A stretch of 42,338 nt of DNA from an uncultured Synergistales bacterium. GTDB lineage: Bacteria > Synergistota > Synergistia > Synergistales > Aminobacteriaceae. The notes beneath the pieces are model-generated. The model saw only the letters and a program-made list of their open reading frames with translations. It had not been told where the DNA came from and did not search any database. The position numbers and the translations under genes were made by a program. The stretch's first letter is position 1, and the number at the start of each line of letters is the position of its first letter. The stretch is taken from NCBI GenBank assembly GCA_937897575.1, contig CALCQG010000140.1, positions 1-42,338 of the forward strand, in the 5' to 3' direction. Of this stretch, positions 36,503-42,338 are shown one piece after another.

Positions 36503-36564
36503 TTGTGATAGCCTCCTTTTTCATTTTCCTAAATGAAAGCGCCTGCTGTTGAGGGAGCTATTGA

Positions 36565-36625
36565 TTATAATGACACCGAACACACAATCAATCAAATCGA
36601 ATTATTGCAAATTAAAATTCGTTTA
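36565..36625 (-). promoter_or_regulatory. AT-rich promoter region of the QueG-like gene
   Basis: Minus strand TTGATT-16 bp-TATAAT; adjacent inverted repeat cgaatt-N12-aattcg. Confidence 0.5.
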
Positions 36626-36634
36626 TTTTGAACG

Positions 36635-36975
36635 CAGTACTCTGCGGACAATGGGCGGGAATACACGAACCTCTCCCGAAGCACATGCCTTTATGACGAA
36701 GTGCCGGGAGATGGGGATAGAACAGAGTTTCATCCGGCCCAAGGCCCCCCGGACAAACGGGAAGGCGGAGCGGGTCATCCGGACGATGATGGAGCGCCTG
36801 TCTGAGAAGACGGAGTTCCAGTCGAGTGCGCACCGGAAGAATGAACCCGAGAAGGTTCGTGAACTGGTATAACTGGGTGAAGCCCCACAAGGGGGTAGGA
36901 AATCTGACTCCGGGAGAGAAGTTGTCGGCGTGCTTTTACCCTGAGAAACTGTAAACAACACTCCGGATTCTTACA
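36635..36975 (+). mobile_element. Degenerate 3' remnant of an IS481-family element
   Basis: Frameshifted DDE integrase-core pieces: SADNGREY, IRPKAPRTNGKAERVIRT, FVNWYNWVKPHKG..NLTP. It ends aacaacactccggattcttACA, resembling an IS481 TGT/ACA terminus. Confidence 0.8.
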
Positions 36976-37065
36976 GCGATGTTGGGTAAGGGAGTTGATT
37001 ACATCCCGATCGCGAGCATGACGACCGGGAAGGCTCGTGTCGTCCGCCCTCACGCCCGGTGTGCT

Positions 37066-37770
37066 CTAAAGGAGGGAGGCGAGCAGTCCGCCGACGGCGA
37101 GGGCGGGGAGCATGTTCACGGTCTTGATCTGCTTGACCTCGAGGACGGAGAGGGCGATGCCGATCAGAAGCAGCCCGCCCACGGCGCTGATCTCGTCCAC
37201 CACCACGGGGGTCATGAACTGCCGAATCTGGGCGGTGAGGAGCGTCAGGGCGCCCTCGTAGACGAGCACGGGCAGGGAGGAGAAGAGGACGCCGGAGCCC
37301 AGGGAGGTCCCCAGGGCGAGGGCCCCGATGCCGTCCATGACGGCCTTGGTCAGGAAGAGGCTTGGGAAGCCGCCCGTCCCCTGCTCGATGGACGCCAGGA
37401 TGGCCATGGACCCGACGCAGAAGAGGAGCGACGAGGCCACGAAAGCCTCGGAGAACCGCTCGTCCTCCGAGCGGAGGACGCCCTTGGCCCATTCGCCGAG
37501 GCGGGTCATCCGCTCGTCGAGGTTCAGAAGCTCCCCGGTCAGGGACCCGACGACCATGCTCGCCATCATGACCAGGATGTTGTGCCCCTTCATGGCCATG
37601 GAGACGCCCAGGTACAGCGTGAGCAGGCCGAAGGCCTGGAAGGTGAGGGTCACGTAGCGGCGCGGCAGACGGGAGTGCAGCATCATCCCGGCGAGTGCGC
37701 CGAAGAGTATGGCGACGGCGTTCACCACGCTCCCCGAGAGGGGAAACTGCTCGAGAAAGGCCCCGGTCAT
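37066..37770 (-). CDS. DUF554 (YdfK-like) membrane protein
   Basis: GSVVNAVAI..G, SLLFCVGSMAIL, KAVMDG, GGLLLIGIAL, IKTVNMLPAL. Confidence 0.87.
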   Translation of the reverse strand: MTGAFLEQFPLSGSVVNAVAILFGALAGMMLHSRLPRRYVTLTFQAFGLLTLYLGVSMAMKGHNILVMMASMVVGSLTGELLNLDERMTRLGEWAKGVLRSEDERFSEAFVASSLLFCVGSMAILASIEQGTGGFPSLFLTKAVMDGIGALALGTSLGSGVLFSSLPVLVYEGALTLLTAQIRQFMTPVVVDEISAVGGLLLIGIALSVLEVKQIKTVNMLPALAVGGLLASLL

Positions 37771-37792
37771 GGGTGGCTTTCCTGCGGCACCG

Positions 37793-38722
37793 TCAGTCCC
37801 GCTCCTCCCGATAGAAGGGGGTGCCCAGGGCCGCGGGGGCGCCGAAGATGATGCCCTTGCCCTGCCGGATGGCGATGACGAACAGGACGGCGATGGTCAT
37901 GACGTAGGGCAGCATCATCAGGATCGGAGCCGGGATGGTGGTCCCGGCCGCCTGGAGCCGGAGCTGGAAGGCCTCGACGCCGCCGAAGAGGTAGGCTCCG
38001 AGGACGGCCCGCGCCGGGTTCCAGATGGAGAAGATCACGAGGGCCACGGCGATCCACCCCCGGCCGGAGCTCATGAGCTCGGCCCACATCTTGGTGTAGG
38101 AGACGGACAGATAGGCGCCGCCCACGGCCACGATTCCCGCGCCGACCATGGTGTAGAGGTAGCGGTTCTTGTCCACGGAGATCCCCATGGCGTCGGCGGC
38201 CCTCGGATTGTCCCCCACGGCGCGCAGATACAGTCCGGGACGGGTGGAGGAGTAAAACCAGCAGAAGAACAGGACGAGGACGTAGGAGCCGTAGAGCAGC
38301 AGGTCGTGGTCGAAGAGGACCTTCCCGAGGACCGGGATGTCGGACAGGTAGGGGACGGGGACCTTGGGCAGCCCCGGGATGGTGAAGCCCACCATGGTCC
38401 TGCCCAGCAAGGAGCTCGCGCCGGTGCCGAACATGGTGATGGCCAGCCCGCTGACCACCTGGTTGCCCTTGAAGGTCACGGAGAGTATGGCGTGCAGGAG
38501 CCCCATGACGGCCCCGACGAGGAAGGCCGCCCCCACGCCGAGCCAGGCGTTCCCCGTGAAGTAGGCCACCGAGAAGCCCGAACAGGCGCCGAGGAGCATG
38601 ATCCCCTCGAGGCCGAGGTTGAGTACGCCGACCTTCTCGGTGAGGATCTCGCCGAGGGTGGCGTAGAGGATGGGCGTGCCGCTCCGCACGGCCGCCGTGA
38701 GGATGGGAACGAGGATCTCCAT
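37793..38722 (-). CDS. Nucleoside/purine ABC transporter permease 2
   Basis: GTPILYATLGE, GVLNLGLEG, LRAVGDNP, GRGWIAVA, LPYV. Confidence 0.9.
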   Translation of the reverse strand: MEILVPILTAAVRSGTPILYATLGEILTEKVGVLNLGLEGIMLLGACSGFSVAYFTGNAWLGVGAAFLVGAVMGLLHAILSVTFKGNQVVSGLAITMFGTGASSLLGRTMVGFTIPGLPKVPVPYLSDIPVLGKVLFDHDLLLYGSYVLVLFFCWFYSSTRPGLYLRAVGDNPRAADAMGISVDKNRYLYTMVGAGIVAVGGAYLSVSYTKMWAELMSSGRGWIAVALVIFSIWNPARAVLGAYLFGGVEAFQLRLQAAGTTIPAPILMMLPYVMTIAVLFVIAIRQGKGIIFGAPAALGTPFYREERD

Positions 38723-38723
38723 G

Positions 38724-39806
38724 TCAGCGCTCCTCCCGTTCCATGTCGCCCGTGATGGCGGCGCCGACGCGGCGGATGCGGTACTTCCGGAAGAACTCCC
38801 CGCCGAGGATGAAGAAGAGGATGAGCCCCTGGAGCACCATGACGCTCGACAGGGGCAGCCGCATGATCACCTGGAGGGATTCGCCGCCCACGAGGAGCAC
38901 ACCCATGAGGAAGGAGACGAGGACGATGGCCAGGGGGTTCAGACGGGCGAGCCAGGCCACGATGATGGCCGTGTTCCCGTACCCGCCGGAGAAGCCGTGC
39001 TGGAGCCGCCCCTGGAGCCCCGAGAGCTCGCACATCCCGGCGATTCCTGCGATGGCGCCCGAGAGGAACATGACGAGGGCGACGTTGCGGGTGTAGTTCA
39101 TCCCGGCGAACCCGGCGGCCCTGGGGTTCTCCCCCATGACCCGGAGCTCGTAGCCCCACCGGGAGAACCGGAGGACGACCCAGGCGACGCACGGGAGCAC
39201 GACGGCCAGCACGATGCCGAGGTGGATCCTCGTCCCCCACAGCGTGGGCAGGCGCGCCGAGTCGGGGAAGGGGGCGGTGATGGGGAATCCAAGCCCTGCC
39301 GGGTCGCGCCAGGGGCCGTAGACGAAGTAGTTCAGGAGGTTCATGGCCACGTAGGTCAGCATGAGCGTGGTGATGATCTCGTTGATGTTCCACCGGGCCT
39401 TGAGATAACCGGCGAAGGCGGCCCAGAGGCCCGCCGCGAGCATGGACGACAGGGCGACGGCGCGGCTCTCCGAGGGGAAGTAGCGCACCATGGCCGCCGA
39501 GGCGATGGCCCCGATGAAGATCTGCCCCTCGGCGCCGATGTTCCAGAGCCCCATGGTGAAGGCGAGCATCACGGCGATGCCGGCGATGGTCAGGGGGATG
39601 GCCTTGACGACCGTCTCGCTCACCCCGTAGCCGTCGCCGAGGGCGGAGCGGAGGATGACGGCGTAGGCCTCCAGGGGCGAGACGCCCATGAAGGCGAGGA
39701 AGACGCCACCCAGGGCGAGGGCCGACGCGATGGAGGAGAACGTGATGACCGCGCCGAGCCACCAGGGGGAGGAGAGGCGGGGCTCCACCTTCAGCAGGCC
39801 CCTCAT
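38724..39806 (-). CDS. Nucleoside/purine ABC transporter permease 1
   Basis: WNIGAEGQ, NEIITTLM, GYELRVMGEN, IIVAWL; start ATG 39806 overlaps the ATPase stop. Confidence 0.9.
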   Translation of the reverse strand: MRGLLKVEPRLSSPWWLGAVITFSSIASALALGGVFLAFMGVSPLEAYAVILRSALGDGYGVSETVVKAIPLTIAGIAVMLAFTMGLWNIGAEGQIFIGAIASAAMVRYFPSESRAVALSSMLAAGLWAAFAGYLKARWNINEIITTLMLTYVAMNLLNYFVYGPWRDPAGLGFPITAPFPDSARLPTLWGTRIHLGIVLAVVLPCVAWVVLRFSRWGYELRVMGENPRAAGFAGMNYTRNVALVMFLSGAIAGIAGMCELSGLQGRLQHGFSGGYGNTAIIVAWLARLNPLAIVLVSFLMGVLLVGGESLQVIMRLPLSSVMVLQGLILFFILGGEFFRKYRIRRVGAAITGDMEREER

Positions 39807-41356
39807 GCCGAAACCTCCGCCCCTTCGATCTCCGCCAGGGGGGTTCCGGCCATCATCAGGCCGATGGTCTCGACGGGCGTCCTGTCGGGTGCGTCGAGCA
39901 CGCCCATGAGCTCGCCCTTGCAGAGCACCGCCAGGCGGTCGCTCATGGACAGAAGCTCGTCCAGGTCCTCGGAGACGAGGAGGACCGCCGCGCCCCGCTC
40001 CCGCTGGGCCAGGAGCTGTTCGCGGACGAACTTCGTCGCCGCCACATCGAGGCCCCAGGTGGGGTGCATGGCAAGGACGGCCTTCGGCGAGTCGCTGAGC
40101 TCCCGGCCGAGCATGAGCTTCTGGAGGTTCCCGCCCGAGAGGTTCCGCACGGGGGTCTCCGTGGACGGCGCGTTCACGCCGAACCGGGAGACCACGGTCC
40201 GGGCGAAGGAGGCGACCTCCTTCCAGTCGATGAAGCCCCCCTTCGAGACGGGGCGGGCGCTGTAGCGCTTCAGGATGCTGTTCTCCTTCACGTCCATGTT
40301 GGCCACGAGCCCCGTGCCCTTCCTGTCGGCGGGGATATAGTGGACCTTCTTCCGGATGAAGGTCCGCGGCGAGGCGTTGGTCAGGTCCTCGCCGTCGACG
40401 ATGACCCGCCCCCTGTCGGCGGTCCTGAGCCCGACGAGGGCCTCGCAGAGCTCCTGCTGTCCGTTGCCGGCCACGCCGGCGATGCCGAGCACCTCGTGCT
40501 CCCGGACGGACAGGGAGAGGTCCCGGATGGCGGGAAAGCCCCGGTCGCCCAGCACGCGAAGGTCCCGGCACTCCAGGATGGTGCGCCCCGGCGCCATGGC
40601 CGGGCGGTCGATCTCGAGCACCACCTTTTCGCCCACCATCATCTCGGCAAGGCGCTCCTTCGTGGTGGCCTCCGTGGCCACGGTGGCCACGAGCCGACCC
40701 TTCCTGAGGACCGTCACCCTCTGGGAGAAGGCCATGACCTCGTCCAGCTTGTGGGAGATGAAGACCACGCCGTAGCCCTCGGCGGTCATCTGTCCGATGG
40801 TGTCGAAAAGCTGCCGTGCCTCCTGGGGGGTGAGGACGGCCGTCGGTTCGTCCAGGATGAGCACCCGGGCGCTTCTGAAGAGCATCTGGAGAATGGCCAC
40901 CCGTTGCTGCTCGCCGACGGAGAGCTGCCAGACCTTGGCGTCGGGGTCCACGGCCAGGCCGTACCGGTCAGAGAGGTCGAGGATCCGGCGGCGCACGTCC
41001 TTCTTGGGGAGGATGGAGGGCAGGTCCTCGTGGCCGAGGATCATGTTCTCCCAGACCGTCTGGCTCGGGATGAGCATGAAGTGCTGGTGAACCATGCCGA
41101 TCCCCGCGGCCCGAGCGTCCCGGGGCGACGAGAAGGCCTGCTCTCTGCCCGAGAGGAGGATCCGGCCTCCGTCGGGTTGATAGAGGCCGTAGAGGACGTT
41201 CATGAGGGTGGACTTGCCGGCGCCGTTCTCGCCCAGCAGGGCGTGCACCTCCCCGGCGCGGAGGTCGAAATCCACGGCCCAGTTGGCCGTCACGCCGGCG
41301 AACCTTTTGGTGATCCTCTCCATGCGAACGAGCGGCTCCTGCGACGTGGGACTCAC
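39803..41356 (-). CDS. ABC transporter ATP-binding protein, two-domain CUT2 type
   Basis: GENGAGKS, LSVGEQQR, ILDEPT, LSGGNLQK; probable GTG start 41356 after AAGGAGG. Confidence 0.93.
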   Translation of the reverse strand: MSPTSQEPLVRMERITKRFAGVTANWAVDFDLRAGEVHALLGENGAGKSTLMNVLYGLYQPDGGRILLSGREQAFSSPRDARAAGIGMVHQHFMLIPSQTVWENMILGHEDLPSILPKKDVRRRILDLSDRYGLAVDPDAKVWQLSVGEQQRVAILQMLFRSARVLILDEPTAVLTPQEARQLFDTIGQMTAEGYGVVFISHKLDEVMAFSQRVTVLRKGRLVATVATEATTKERLAEMMVGEKVVLEIDRPAMAPGRTILECRDLRVLGDRGFPAIRDLSLSVREHEVLGIAGVAGNGQQELCEALVGLRTADRGRVIVDGEDLTNASPRTFIRKKVHYIPADRKGTGLVANMDVKENSILKRYSARPVSKGGFIDWKEVASFARTVVSRFGVNAPSTETPVRNLSGGNLQKLMLGRELSDSPKAVLAMHPTWGLDVAATKFVREQLLAQRERGAAVLLVSEDLDELLSMSDRLAVLCKGELMGVLDAPDRTPVETIGLMMAGTPLAEIEGAEVSA

Positions 41357-41378
41357 CCTCCTTCCGTGATTCAGCGAC

Positions 41379-41406
41379 AAAAAAGGGGCGCGGACGTCCG
41401 CGCCCC
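41379..41406 (-). terminator. Terminator/attenuating hairpin between the BMP gene and the ATPase
   Basis: ggggcgcggacgtccgcgcccc palindrome followed by TTTTTT on the minus strand. Confidence 0.7.
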
Positions 41407-41436
41407 GCTTCCGACATTATAATACACAACCTCGGC

Positions 41437-42312
41437 CTATTTGGGTATGTCTCCCTTCACGCCCTCAACGAACCAGTTCATGGAGAGCATATCGCCGTCA
41501 GTCATCGCCTTGCCCTCGGCGACCTTCTCGGCTCCGCTCTGATCTCTGACGGGTCCGTTGAAGACATCCCACTCGCCGTTGATGATCTTTGCCTTCTCGG
41601 TTTCAACGAGCTTCCGGACGTCCTCGGGCACATCCTTTCCGAAGGGCGCGAGGCCAACGAGGCCCTCTTTCAGGCCGTACCAGATCTGCTCCGACTTCCA
41701 GGTTCCCCTGGTCACCTGGTCCATGACCTGGTTGTAGATCATGCCCCAGTTCCATACGGGGGCCGTGAGGTGTTTCGTCGGGGCGTAGGGGGTCATGTCG
41801 TTGTTGTACCCGACCACGTAGACGCCCGCCTCCTCGGCCGTCTGGGGTGCGGCGCCCGTGTCGGCGTGCATGGCGATCACGTCGGCTCCCGCGTCGATGA
41901 GGGCCTTGGTGGCCTCCTTCTCCTTGCCCGGGTCGAACCAGGAGAAGATCCAGATCACGCGGACCTCGGCCTTGGGGTTGGTCTTCCGCACGCCCAGGGT
42001 GAAGGCGTTGATGCCGCGGATGACCTCGGGGATGGGCTGGGCAGCCACGTACCCGATCACGTTGCTCTTGGACATGCTGCCGGCCACGAGCCCGGAGAGG
42101 TAGCGGGCCTGGTACATCCGTCCGAAGTAGGTCCCCACGTTCTCCGCCGTCTTGTAGCCCGAGCAGTGCATGAAGATGATGTTCTCATGCTTCTTCGCCG
42201 TCTCCATGACGAAGTCCATGTACCCGAAGGACGTGGCGAAGACGACCTTCGAGCCGTTCCGGATGAGGGTCTCCATGACCCGGAGGGAGTCGGGGCCCTC
42301 GGGCACGGACTC
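41437..42312 (-). CDS. BMP family ABC substrate-binding protein (purine nucleoside-type), 5' truncated
   Basis: ESVPEGPD, FATSFGY, ARYLSG, IPEVIRGINAF, WFDP, GADVI. The N-terminus is missing and replaced by fold-back sequence. Confidence 0.9.
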   Translation of the reverse strand, partial: ESVPEGPDSLRVMETLIRNGSKVVFATSFGYMDFVMETAKKHENIIFMHCSGYKTAENVGTYFGRMYQARYLSGLVAGSMSKSNVIGYVAAQPIPEVIRGINAFTLGVRKTNPKAEVRVIWIFSWFDPGKEKEATKALIDAGADVIAMHADTGAAPQTAEEAGVYVVGYNNDMTPYAPTKHLTAPVWNWGMIYNQVMDQVTRGTWKSEQIWYGLKEGLVGLAPFGKDVPEDVRKLVETEKAKIINGEWDVFNGPVRDQSGAEKVAEGKAMTDGDMLSMNWFVEGVKGDIPK

Positions 42313-42338
42313 CCTCCGGGTCATGGAGACCCTCATCC
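42261..42338. repeat. Perfect 31-bp inverted repeat ending exactly at the window end
   Basis: 42261-42291 is the exact reverse complement of 42308-42338, with a 16-nt loop. Confidence 0.95.

Noticed and set aside
42261..42338. Hairpin telomere of a linear replicon
   Set aside because: It interrupts an ordinary ABC binding-protein gene and no protelomerase is present; an artifact is more parsimonious.
1..42338. CRISPR array, tRNA/rRNA, integron attC sites, selenocysteine read-through
   Set aside because: By eye I saw no spaced direct repeats, no RNA gene signatures, and no in-frame TGA splitting a recognisable domain. A covariance-model search was not possible.

Overview
This is a GC-rich chromosomal window from an anaerobic amino-acid fermenter. 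Gene content suggests Synergistota; that is inferred, not searched. From left to right it carries: LivM/LivH ABC permeases; an orphan CitB-type response regulator with P5C dehydrogenase; a class IV aminotransferase divergent from a buk-ptb-ptb-buk operon; ybaK; an IclR + class V aminotransferase unit followed by CGGC and C_GCAxxG_C_C Cys-rich proteins; LutC-like and LysE genes; an IclR-led ~10 kb catabolic cluster (two cyclic amidohydrolases, a collapsed Na+/solute symporter remnant, a hydantoin-type racemase, TRAP DctPQM, a HOGA-like aldolase and an M20 carbamoylase); a glycogen cluster (glgC, glgA, glgP, malQ, divergent GH57); a VanX/DdpX-like dipeptidase; a small lower-GC islet (YbaK/LysR deletion scar, divergent QueG-like Fe-S protein, IS481-family remnant); DUF554; and a BMP-type nucleoside ABC transporter. 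The best candidate for an undescribed system is the hydantoin/cyclic-ureide catabolic cluster. The last 31 nt are a fold-back copy and probably an artifact. I recognised no rRNA, tRNA or CRISPR array.
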